Positions 53,335 to 64,000 of a stretch of DNA of 64,000 bases are shown here, piece after piece (the first letter of the stretch is position 1; the number at the start of each line of letters is the position of its first letter). The stretch is from NCBI RefSeq assembly GCF_037042905.1, contig NC_087251.1, positions 47,494,001-47,558,000 of the forward strand. Direction: 5' to 3'. The notes under the pieces are model-generated. The model was not told the DNA's origin. It made no database searches and worked only from the letters and a program-made list of their open reading frames with translations. The DNA comes from Lytechinus pictus. Taxonomy: Eukaryota. The position numbers and the translations under genes were made by a program.

Positions 53335-55099
53335 GGAGGTAGTTTCATAAAGCTGTTCGTAAGTTAAGAGTAGCTTAAAGAACGACTGGTTATCCTCAGC
53401 AGCGTAACAGGGGTCGGTGGCCAGGGGGGGCAAGAGCCAAAAATTTCCTGGTCATATCATGGTATGAACAGGTGTAACGAGGCGACTATTTTGATAAGGC
53501 CAGATATTGCTTATCGGGCAGAATTTATCTTTAAAAAAAAAGTTGCGAGCGAGCAAAAAATTTGACCTTTTTAATACAAAAATCCAATTTTGTGATAGAT
53601 TTTGACATGATATCCAGAGAATAATATATTTCACTCTTCTCTCTTTAGATTTTTTTTTGGTGGTATGTACGCCACTGTGAACAGGATTCGTTGCGGCTGT
53701 ACAGCGTGAAGGGTAAAACAAAAACTAGGGCGCAGTATAGCCCATGTGCTAAAAAGCTGCTTTATATAAGTCCCGAGAGAGCGAAGCGAGCGAGAAAAAA
53801 ATCACCTTTTCATGAGAATCTAACTTTGAGCTATTTTTTGACATTATATTCAGTAAATAAAATCATATCCTACACTTTTCCTTTGCTTTTCTTTCCTCCT
53901 TTTTTTTGTTCTTGTTTGTAGAAATTTTTGGGGCCATGTCCCAACCCTTCCATACGCAGTGATGTCCGGTTGGGGTCCGGGGCGGAGCCCCCGGAACTTC
54001 TTGATATCAAAGCCATTTAAACCTCGCAGATTGCCGTTATTTTAATCAAATCGCGGGCATATACAAAATATAGCTTTTACACAACACATTTATTCAACCC
54101 AGTTGCGTAATGAACCAAATATTTTGAGGGGGCAAAACATAGCAATGTGGAAAAAAATTGTAAAAAGTCGCCAGCGTGCAAAGCGAGCTGGAAAAAAAAT
54201 TGCCTATTGAAATTACATTCTAATTATGTGATAGATTTTTCCATTATATTCAGCAAATAACACATTTCATTATACGTTGTCTCCTATAATTTCTTTTATT
54301 TCCTCTTGGGTGTGGAACCAAGACCCCCTCCCCCCGCGCGCCTGTATACCAGTGATTGAACGTGATTTAACGGGGGGGGGGGGGGGGGCGTTATAGAGCC
54401 ACTTGAAGGTTATAAATGAAGAGCCCCTACTGCGTTGGGTCTGGGGCAAAGCCCCGGTAGCTTATTTGCGTAAAATTTAGGCAAGCTTATAGCACAATGT
54501 TGTATGCAGTCCATCTTTCTTCCCGCTCTTTAATTTCAATCATCGGCAGCCCGGTCGTGTTATTATTTTTTTTCTTGTCCCTTTTCTTTGTTTTCCAATT
54601 AAGCTTTCGACTAATTACATTCTACTTTCGTTTCCCGCTATTGTTTGCCATTTTGTCATCTTTTAATTTATTTCCCACCGTGCTATTGCATGACATAGGC
54701 CTATTTCGGAATGATATGTTCTTTCTCAAATGTTCTTCTTTCGTACATTTTCCCGCTTGCCTTCCTTTTCCATTAAAAAAAAAAAAGTTTTTTCTTCGTT
54801 TTCTTTTCATTTTTCCCTTTCCTTTTCCTCCTTTCCTTTTCCCCTTTCCTTCCTCTTTCCCTTTTTTTCTCCCTCCTTTTTTTCTTTTTCCCATTTTTCT
54901 TTTATTTTCCCGGTGAAATCCGCCAGGGGGGCAGCTTGCCCCCCCCCCCTGCCCCCCGCCTGTTACGCCACTGGTTATCCTTTCTTGTGGTAAATGATAT
55001 TTGCCATTAATGTTCATTAGTGATTTTTTAGCGCATAAGAAAGGTACAGTGGTTCTTAAAGTCGCTCTTAACTTACGAACATCTTTATGAAACGACCCC
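53335..55099. mobile_element. Short MITE split by the hAT-like element
   Basis: About 35-bp TIR gtttcataaagMtgttcgtaagttaagag at both ends; degenerate relative at 35606-35785. Confidence 0.8.
53397..54973. mobile_element. hAT-like non-autonomous composite element
   Basis: CAG-starting TIR (cagcagcgtaacagg / cctgttacgccactg) and exact 8-bp TSD GTTATCCT (53389-53396, 54974-54981). Confidence 0.85.
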
Positions 55100-55424
55100 A
55101 AGCCCCTTCCCTCGACAGGACCATGTTTTTGTATAAAACGTCCTGGTATTAATGATTAATTCGCTTTTAATGTACTGTGTTTTGTGATTTTTTTTTGTAC
55201 TTATCATTTCCACTAATGCTGCTAGATGGAGTTTGAAAACTCAACTTAAATTAATTCTTGACTTTTATTGTACTCATATGATGTTACAGTTGATGCAGGA
55301 GGTACGATTTTTTTTAATGCATGATTTCAGCATTTTTTCTGTTCTACACGTATATATAGACCACCATATATGAAATAAGAAATAAGTATCTCATCACTCA
55401 GAGACAGATGATTATAGTAATTAA

Positions 55425-56110
55425 AGGGATGCTCCGGGCTGACAATAATATGATTTAAACAGATGAAGAAAAATCAGACAAACAAAACACTGAAAATTTG
55501 ATCAAAATCGGACAAAAACGAATAACAAAGTTAGGGCATTTTAAAGATTTGCATTATTCCGGTGAAACAGTTATAGTCAAGTCTTCATGAATATTCAATG
55601 AGCAAATTGATGATGTCATATCCCCACTTGTTCTTTTGTTTTTTATTATATGAAATTAGGTTTATTCAATTTTTTTCTACCAAGAACTGAACAAAATGGA
55701 TTGACAACTGATTAGTACATTTGATATTAATTGCTGCAACTTATTTCATTATAGAGGAGACACATGATTCACACATGTATGAAAAAATGAAACAATTATG
55801 ATTTCATGTAATAACATAAGAGAAGGGAAAGTGGGGATGTAACATCATCAGCCCACCTATTGTTCATATGGCTATTTTCACAAAATAATACTAAATTTGA
55901 AAACTCAACTTAAATTAATTCTTGACTTTTATTGTATTCAAATGATGTTACAGTTGAAGCAGGAGGTACGATTTTTTTTTAATGCATGATTTTAAAATTC
56001 AATAACTTCGTTACTTGTTATCCGATTTTGATGAAATTTTCAACACTTTGCTCTGTGAATTATATACTCTATTTATTAAGATATGAATATCTTCAGCCTG
56101 GAGTATCCCT
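55425..56110. mobile_element. Kolobok-like MITE carrying a copy of neighbouring DNA
   Basis: 16/18 TIR agggatgctccgggctga, TTAA flanks. Confidence 0.85.
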
Positions 56111-56959
56111 TTAAGATCAGGGTCGCTTCATAGAGGGGTAGGGGCGACCACCCCAACCCCCCTCGATTTTTCATGAAATGGGGGGGGGGGGGGGGAGAAA
56201 GGAAAGGGTAAAAAGGTAGAGTACAAAAAAGAGTTCTCTTTTATATACCCTATCATAATGTGAATGACAAAATGACATCGTCCTGCCCCCAATCAAAAAT
56301 ATCTTACTGTCGCCCCCGAATAAGAACTTGGTATACAGATATCGTCTTTTTTCAGAATTACATATCTTTTTAATAATTTCAAAATGTACTTGTATGATTT
56401 ATATGTCTTTTTTTAAATCATATTTCACTTTCCATTATATCCCTCTTCTATTCACCTCCGGCTTTCATAGTACCCCCCCCCTACAATACCCCCCCCCCCC
56501 GCCCCCACCCCAGTGCCGCTTGTGCTGTTACCTGTCCCTTCTTCCTCTAAGTTTTTTTTTCTTTCCTTCTCCTCCTCTTGTCATCAATATTTGGTCATGA
56601 TTTGAAGATGTTATGATTTTTATTTGTATACTGACTGATCGATTTTTTTTTTTATTATGTGATGTAACTTCCATGCACACAATTTAGCTTTCGGCTGCCA
56701 TGTGGTTTTTAATAAATACCTTTTCAATTCAAATTCAAAATACTTCATATCAATTTATTGACCCCTTTCGTGGTATCTTTATTGTACTATACTGGTCACC
56801 TCCAAAGATTGTACCGTCAATCAATATTATTGAAGTTTCATCATTATTTTGCATATTTTCATATCCATTTCCATCCCCCCCCCCCCGTTCCACGGCCCAG
56901 TAAATCATTTGTACATTGGGTTTCATTTTGAACTTGATTCCGTTTTTAAAAGTTATACC

Positions 56960-57162
56960 GATGTTTTTTACCTGACTGCTAAGAAAACACGAATGCCTGT
57001 GAGCAAGCAACAAGGGGACCAACGGCTTAAGGTCCTCTCCGAGGGACCTGGTAATGAGGATAAATGCCTTACCAAGGGACACTAGCGCACCACTTGGGAA
57101 TCGAACCCGGGTCACCGGAATCCGAAACCCCCACTCTACCGACTAAGCTATCGCGCCTCCCC
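56960..57162 (-). mobile_element. tRNA-derived SINE
   Basis: A box TAGCTTAGTCGG, B box GGTTCGATTCC, followed by gtgtcccttggtaaggcatttatcc CORE-like block; no tRNA acceptor stem closure. Confidence 0.8.
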
Positions 57163-57213
57163 AAAGCATAATGACTCTTGTGAACTTTGAGAAATGATAA
57201 TTTCGCAATTTAA

Positions 57214-57628
57214 GGGGAATTCATCATGAAAAACAAGTTTGATGTAAAAATACCAACAAAAAAATAGTATAAAGGCTTGAGAAAAATCCATCAAAGATCA
57301 AAAAATTTATTAGAATTTTAATTTTTGATTAGTGACGTCACATACAAGAAGCTGCCCCATACAATGTTATGTACTATAAAATGCATAAATTTAAATTTTA
57401 TAATGGTTCATGATGACTAACTATTTTTTTCTTTCAGGAGCGGGTGTGATATAATTGTCTGTTGAAAATCCATCTTATTATTATTTTTTTTTTAGAAAAT
57501 GACATTTCATTGATTTTTTACATAACGATATATGTGGGGAAGCTGCTCTCATATGACGTCACAAATAAAAAAAATGAAAATCTAGTAACCTTTTAAGTCT
57601 AAACTTGTTGTCAGAGTGAACTTCCACT
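57214..57628. mobile_element. Kolobok-like MITE, relative of 29405-29896
   Basis: TTAA flanks, shared gaaaaatccatcaaaga and tgacgtcaca blocks. Confidence 0.65.
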
Positions 57629-60109
57629 TTAATTTCTCGCTCATGATCTTTACGAAAAAAAACCTTTTACTAAATTAATGATTGCTTAAAACATGTAATC
57701 CCTCCCGTTACAAATTTACGCTAGTGTTGTGTAAGGGAAACTTACTTTCTTTTGTGTTTAGATCCAATCACAATAATGTGTTTTAATTAATAGAATTGTA
57801 TAGCATATTCCAACTTCGGGGTGGGGGGGGGGGCACAAAGCTCGTACACAAAAAAAGTTGTTTTTAACATTTTTTTCATGATCTGGCAATGGGCGTACAA
57901 TGGAAAGCTTATATTATCAAAGTTGCCAAATCAGGAATTAGGGTACTCTGACAGTGCCCCCACCCCCCCAAAAAAAAACACAACCGATCCTCGAATCGAG
58001 TTCCTTTAACCCCGGGCTTTAACCCTGATCATAAGGGTTCTTGACTCATTCACATGCGAAGATACCTTTTGTTTTCTGAGCTGCTGCACTGGAGGGAAGC
58101 TTTAGGTAACCTGGGACTCACCAGACATGCAGACTCTTGTATACCTTGATGAAATGAATAATGGAGAAGCAAAGAGCTCTCTGCAAAGGTCACCCACCCC
58201 CGCGGGGCACCTGATTAAACATTATTGCTCCAACAACCCCGCTGATCAACGACTTTATGAATTCAGGGGGGGGGGGATAGAGTAGGGTTAACTTTCACAG
58301 AGGATTGTATAGCTGCGGAAGGATTTTTTATGGCCGTTTCTCCCCGTTTCTATAGTTGGAACATGGACCTAGGTCCATGGTTGGAAGATGGGCGTGGCAC
58401 TGGTTGGGGGGGGGGGGGGGGGAGGGGATGAGGTTTGGTTATTTTTGTGGTTATTTTTTTTTCAGAAATGTTAGTCTTTAGAAGTTCTCCCCGGTCAATT
58501 CTTAATAACCAATGGTTAATGGTATTATTGTGCTGGCTTCTCGGGCTGGCTTATAAATTATAGTTCACTCCCAAAACCACAAGATGGGAGGGGGGGGGGG
58601 GTGGAAATATGAAATCCTCCTTTTCACAAACCCATGACAGAGGCTAAACAATAACCCAATTTCCATCCTTAAAAGGGTTCCTCTAAAAATCTTGGACAAG
58701 CACGGATACCTGAGTGTGTGTGTGTGGGGGGGGGGGGCAAGGGTGATACTCGCCATACTTGCCTATAAATCATTTATTATCCTCATTATGGGAAAATTAT
58801 GATTGCACATAAACGAGTAAATGATCAGTGTTGCTGAATCACTTATGAATCCTTTCCATGGTGGTATATGCAGCGGGGGGGGGGGGGGGCAGTTGCCCCC
58901 AGAAATTTTGAAATCTTACATTTTTTTGCTGAAACTTTTCACATAATTGACCAAAAGTGTGCACAAAACACTTTCAATTTCACTTCAGAAAAAAAAAAAT
59001 CACCCCCATGACCAGCTTGGTCGCTTCGCTCCCTTACTTTTGAGTTTTTTAAGCATTTTATCCCCGCCCCCGAAAAACTTTGCGTACGGCCATGATCCTT
59101 TCCTCATCACACGTCCATATGTGCATGAAAATATTAAACAAAATACAACAAAGCAGAACGGGCAGAACCAAGCCATCGAGTCTCATATCTGAAGGGACTC
59201 TACTGTCCTTTTATTGAGAGCGCCATCTCTCGTTATAAACATTAAAGCTGATGGCTGAATATTGAATTTTTATGCACTCTGGCTATATACACTCACGTTG
59301 GTCTCCTATTAATATGGTCTCATTACCGTTCTGTCCAACCATCACTTGGTCCAATTTCACTTGGTCTAAGTGTCATTTAGACGAAGTGGTAAAAAGGCTA
59401 AACGATAATAAGGATTAAGGTCAGAAAGACGATGTGGGATGGGACAAAACGAAATTAGTATATAGATAAAGTAGGTTTAGAATTCATTACACGAGTAGTT
59501 GCGACTTATTTTTTACTTCTCTTATTTTAATGATCCTTTTTTATTCTCTCTTCATTTTTCTTCCTCCTTTTTCTTTTTTCCCTCACTACTTAAAAAAGGC
59601 TCGCGATTTGTTTCAACACAAGAGGCATAATGATGATAATGATCCAACAAAATTAAAACGGACTAGATATCGCGGATGGAGCAAAAATGTTGACCTTTTT
59701 AATAAAAAAAATATATTTCAATAGATTCAATTGATATAATATTCAGAATATGATAAATTATTTCACTCTTTCCCTTTCCCTTTCTTTCTTTTCTCCTTTT
59801 ATTTCTTGGTCGTGAAACTTTCGGGGCCACCGTCCCAAGCCACACCCATCTGTCCGCCAGTGTTCAAGACCGTACAAATGTTACAAGACATAACACAAAG
59901 TGACAGTGTAAGTCATCATTTAAGAAAATTATGTTCTTTACTTCTTTCATTCTGGGAAACGAGGAAAAGTGACAAGGTAAAAAAATTCTCTTTCCACTTT
60001 CATCTACAATTTTTTTCTTCGGAAAAAAGATCATCAAATTTGTAATATTTTTCATCGGTTCATCGCTTTATTTTAGTTGGATGACCCCATGCATACCTCT
60101 CCATAGCAG

Positions 60110-60590
60110 AAAAACGTTTTAGTATAGCTGGATCTAGACTTTGGAATACACTCCATCCGAACAACACCGACCATAATTATCATCTTTCAAACGACAACTC
60201 AAGTCAAATCTTTTTCCAAATATCTAGTTTTCTATTTTCATTTATTTAATATTTGTTTTGATGATTTTTGCTATCACTGTTTGGTTTGACATGGCTAACC
60301 CATCTGGGGCCTGGTGGCCTCAAGTGCTATACTGGAGCTTCTGTGAATGATGTGCTGACCGGTCTTGTCCCTTAAATAGTTGGTGAACGAAGCAGCAAGC
60401 AAGAGGCCACCAGGCCTCATCTGGCGCAGTTGAGAACACCAATAGTTGATGCAATTTAATGTATACAATTCTATACTTTTTTGTTTTTTAAGATTTTTAT
60501 ATTTATATTTTATTTCTGACAATTGTAAGCGCTGTGATACTTTTTGTGTATAGCGCATATAAATAACCGTTATTATTATTATTATTATGC
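60110..60590 (+). mobile_element. L2/CR1-group LINE 3' remnant
   Basis: Decayed RFSIAGSRLWNTL...SFKRQLK reading, tgtaagcgctgtga...tagcgcatataaata 3' end and (TTA)n tail. Confidence 0.55.
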
Positions 60591-60751
60591 ATAGCAGGGC
60601 CCAGTACCACAAAGTTTAGGTATTGATCATGGGATAAACTTCTACGATTGATTGCATTGATTATTGTGCATGCAGGATCACTTGTAAAAAACTAGATCAC
60701 GATAAATTTAAATACTACGGGTCCAGAAGAGCCATGCATGAACATAATATA

Positions 60752-60998
60752 CACAGCAAAAACTGTGATGTTAACGATGTACATAGAGAACCACACCAGT
60801 TATTTTACACCGGCGTTAAATTGACAGTGTTTTTTAACACCTATAGGCACTGATAGGTGTTATTGCAACACCATTGGTTGTTACATTTACACTATTTGGT
60901 GTTATGGTAAATCTCGAGTGTGTTATTTTAACACCTAAGGATGTGGTCCTCTATTAACACCAACTGGTGTCAGTTTTAACACCACAGTTTTTACAGTG
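60752..60998. mobile_element. MITE with CACWG termini and TA flanks (EnSpm/CACTA-like)
   Basis: cacagcaaaaactgtgatgttaa / ttaacaccacagtttttacagtg, internal aacacc/ggtgtt subrepeats. Confidence 0.7.
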
Positions 60999-61542
60999 TA
61001 ACTCAACATAGTTTATATATTTCCTAATATATTGGAAAAGGGCATCCATCATTTCATGTACCAAACAAAAGCAGTGCAAAATAGCAAAAAACCCTCTTTT
61101 TAATTTACAAGTACAAAAAACATGAAAATGACCACCCGATTTTGATTTCGTTGTATGTTCAACCCCAACTTTTAAAAACGTTGAGTGGTCGTTGATCAGT
61201 GGTAATTATTTGATTCATGTCTTATTTTAAGTGGTTTAAAAAAAAATCAACAATGTTGAACACCAAGACGGATATCATAAATCATCCGGAAGAGAAAAAC
61301 AGAGTCATCGCACAACCCTCTTGATATAAATACATGTATAAGCTAATCTGTTCAAAGACGATCAAAGATAAACATTAAAGGTGTAAAAATGTCTTAAAGC
61401 GCGTTATATGACTCATCTCAGTTGACTGGATCAATATTTTGCTCTTCGGGCTCCAAGCTCGGTTGCAGAACTTGAGGACCGGGGATATATTGCAGTTATA
61501 AAACTGATTTCAAATTTCAAGATAATTTGATGCTCATTAATC

Positions 61543-61788
61543 TCAGCTCAGAGGTCCAATGTCCGGTTCTTCGGGCTCCAAGCAAGGTTCCAGAACTTCA
61601 GGACCCCGGATGAGGGCGATGAGGGAACGGAGTAGGTAACAGAAGACAATAATGAGAACACATCCGATGATATTCCAATCCAACTCGTGGTGTTGAGAGT
61701 CCCGTGACCGCCGACGAGCGGCCTTCCATTTCTTGATTTTCTTCTGTTCGAACATGTCGGCGCAGTCATCTACCATTATCTGCATGAT
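61543..61788 (-). CDS. Gene 2, last coding exon (IMQIMVDD...KKIKKWKAARRR...TM helix...EPEEPDIGPLS-stop)
   Basis: tttcatatag| acceptor in phase 0, open frame to TGA, coding-like GC content, hydrophobic segment IIGCVLIIVFCYLLRSLIALI. Confidence 0.7.
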   Translation of the reverse strand: MMQIMVDDCADMFEQKKIKKWKAARRRSRDSQHHELDWNIIGCVLIIVFCYLLRSLIALIRGPEVLEPCLEPEEPDIGPLS

Positions 61789-62025
61789 CTATATGAAATC
61801 ATGCAATATAAGAAGATTATTTAGAGATTACGAAAACTGTAGCCAGGGAATTAGACAAATGTTTATATTGCACGGAGTAAATCAATTGAATTGGTTAATT
61901 AATATGACTATGAAATGGTCATAGAAAAGGTTATGATTTATATTTATTCCTGGGAGTTTTTTTAAATGACATGAAAATGTTTGCAATTCCGGGGGGGGGG
62001 GGGGTTGCGTGCAGAAAATCATTTT

Positions 62026-62520
62026 CATCATTATCACCACCACCACAAACACCATCGCCACCATAACCATCATCCCCATCACCACCACAACCATCATCAT
62101 CCCCACCACCACCACCACCATCCACCTCCTCCTCATCATCACGACCACCAAATCATTATCATCACCACCACCACCATCATCATCGTTGTCGTCATCATCA
62201 TCATTATCATCATCATCCTCCTCTTCATCATCATCTCGACCATCACAAACACCACCCTACCTAATCATCGTCATCACCATCATCGCCATCATTATCACCA
62301 TCACCATTATCATCACCACCAACACCATCATCATCGTCATCAACATCATCATCACCATCCTCCTCCTCATCATCATCACCACCACAACCACCACCATTAT
62401 CATCATCACCATCGTCATCATCATCATCATCATCACCATTATCATCATCACCATCGTCGTCATCATCATCATCATCATCATCATCATCACCACCACCATT
62501 AGGCATCGTCGTCGCTGTAA
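62026..62520. repeat. (CAT/CAC)n microsatellite inside the last intron of gene 2
   Basis: Direct inspection; source of the poly-H/I/D/M ORFs. Confidence 0.9.
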
Positions 62521-62577
62521 TCATTAAAGACAATTCCAGCTCTTTTGTTCATTTATTTCAAGATATAAAGTACTTAC

Positions 62578-62679
62578 TCTTAATCTGTCTTTTAAGACGA
62601 CCATTGATTCCTGTATCTCCTTTTCTGACATGATTTTCTTTGACATCGTATCACATTCGTTACATCTTTGCGTTCGGTC
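62578..62679 (-). CDS. Gene 2, internal exon (34 aa, DRTQRCNECDTMSKKIMSEKEIQESMVVLKDRLR)
   Basis: ttttaatcacag| acceptor, AGA|GTAAGT donor, 102 nt fully open in phase 0-0. Confidence 0.7.
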
Positions 62680-63186
62680 CTGTGATTAAAATTCATGCAA
62701 GCAATGAGAATTGAATTAAAATCTAACCAGAATTGAAATGATAGTTAAAGTCTATTCACAGTTTTAATCTTAAATCCCAATCAAATCATTGCATTAAAAA
62801 AATCATCAAACATAAAAAAATTATAAGATATTGGGACGTTCCCATATACTGGGTGTGATGTATGAAAGATGCGCTGATCCTATCCAAGGAACTCCTTTGC
62901 CCAAATTTGGTATTGGGCCCTATATCCTGATTTAGATGCATCGTATTTCGTTTAGAAGAAATCGTTAATACCATTTGCCCCCAAATAATGTGTTGCTTTA
63001 CTTGCTTAGACTTTTATAAGAAATTTTCGCCATTATCTGGAAAACACTCCCATTTACTTGTTAGTAATTTCCAGTGGCCAATTTAGGAGAATCTACGCCC
63101 GGGGCAAGGGCTATTTTTTCACTTCTTTGGTTGTTCATCAGATTATTTCCAATCTGGTTCTCCTTTTCAATTCCCTCTCAATTTAC

Positions 63187-63336
63187 ACTCATTTTTGCGA
63201 TCCCATCGAGGCACACGGGACAATATATGCCCCTATCCCTTGAATAGATAAACACTACTTGTAAATTCTTCCAGAAATTCTTAAGGAACAAATTTAATTT
63301 TTGTGCTAACCAATCATTTATGAAATCCTGAATGTT
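63187..63336 (-). CDS. Gene 2, internal exon (50 aa, NIQDFINDWLAQKLNLFLKNFWKNLQVVFIYSRDRGIYCPVCLDGIAKMS)
   Basis: gttatag| acceptor, AGT|GTAAAT donor, 150 nt open in phase 0-0; its CPVC pairs with CNEC of the next exon. Confidence 0.5.
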
Positions 63337-63496
63337 CTATAACGTTAACAATTTAAAGAATATTCGATGAAATTAATTGCTGTAACCATTTTGAAACAAT
63401 ATCCAACACCAGCTGGCAAAAAGGGGCAAAAAAGGTTATTTCTCATTTTCATTATGAGCGCAAAACTCGTCATATGCCCATTCAACCCTATTAAAC

Positions 63497-63572
63497 CGTC
63501 TGCGAAATGGTCTTTTGGGAAACGAGTGGTATAAGGGAATAACAATCCATAGAATTATTTTCATTTATCAAT
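63497..63572 (-). CDS. Gene 2, candidate upstream exon (LINENNSMDCYSLIPLVSQKTISQT; possible start ATG at 63550)
   Basis: Strong ctcttttccag| acceptor, weak ACG|GTTTAA donor giving phase 0. Confidence 0.3.
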
Positions 63573-63700
63573 CTGGAAAAGAGCAGTTTTCAATAAATCT
63601 TTGAATCCCAAAGTCCTACTGCAATTCGGACAGAACAAAGTTTTACATTAATTGAACAAAATGATGGAACTTAAACAGCTGATTCCACTTTCAGGACAGT

Positions 63701-63714
63701 GTTTCCATGGCAAC
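63701..63714. promoter_or_regulatory. RFX X-box motif GTTTCCATGGCAAC
   Basis: Matches the palindromic RFX consensus; ETS-like ACTTCCGG about 45 bp away. Confidence 0.5.
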
Positions 63715-64000
63715 GTCACTTGAGAGAGCATCTTTCAGGTGATTGTGAATATGTTTACTTCCGGCATCATTCAAGAGGCAAAAAAGAGAAGTGACTGTTA
63801 TTATTGATTTAACGAGAATGGCAACGACTTGCAATAACATTTTGTTTGTATAACGGAGAAAGGAAAGAGACTTTTATTCTATTCGAAGAGTGGAATTACC
63901 TTTTATTCATTTCTTTGTGGAATCGTCTAAACATTCGACAGGAACTGGAGGAAAGACGTGTAAATCCATTTTAGTCAATGTACAAAGTCCAAAGCATTAT

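Noticed and set aside
54497..55101. 139-aa Phe-rich and 159-aa Lys/Gly-rich ORFs
   Set aside because: Low-complexity pyrimidine tract within the hAT-like element
58019..58291. TTAA-CCCT ... AGGG-TTAA piggyBac-like ends
   Set aside because: Inverted match is only 4 bp beyond TTAA; could be chance
61418..61545. TGA readthrough or selenocysteine linking the two duplicated tails
   Set aside because: First TGA is followed by an in-frame TAA two codons later and the copies are 125 bp apart, so not in frame
61882..62533. Long poly-His, poly-Ile/Thr, poly-Asp and poly-Met ORFs
   Set aside because: Artefacts of a (CAT/CAC)n microsatellite lying in an intron of gene 2

Overview
AT-rich eukaryotic (animal) genomic DNA, mostly intron and intergenic sequence packed with non-autonomous transposons; the repeat families suggest an echinoderm such as a sea urchin (inference). 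Almost all listed six-frame ORFs are spurious. Two spliced minus-strand genes can be built by hand from GT-AG sites and reading phase. Gene 1 spans at least 48 kb and runs off the left edge. It has an N-myristoylation-type first coding exon (48723-48869, MGKIFSKK...), one strong and one moderate alternative first coding exon (21035-21160, 26855-27103), and acidic Ala/Pro/Glu-rich internal exons (11247-11417, 1453-1530), all joining in phase 0. Gene 2 (61543 to at least 63336) encodes a small protein with a CxxC-x13-CxxC motif split across an intron, a basic stretch and one C-terminal transmembrane helix. Mobile elements include four Helentron/HINE-like (pearl/Tsp-type) elements, many TTAA-flanked Kolobok-like MITEs, PIF/Harbinger-group MITEs, a nested hAT-like element, tRNA-derived SINEs, an L2-like 3' end and a Penelope-like GIY-YIG remnant with a hammerhead ribozyme motif. 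There are no rRNA genes, true tRNA genes or CRISPR arrays. No gene symbol could be assigned.
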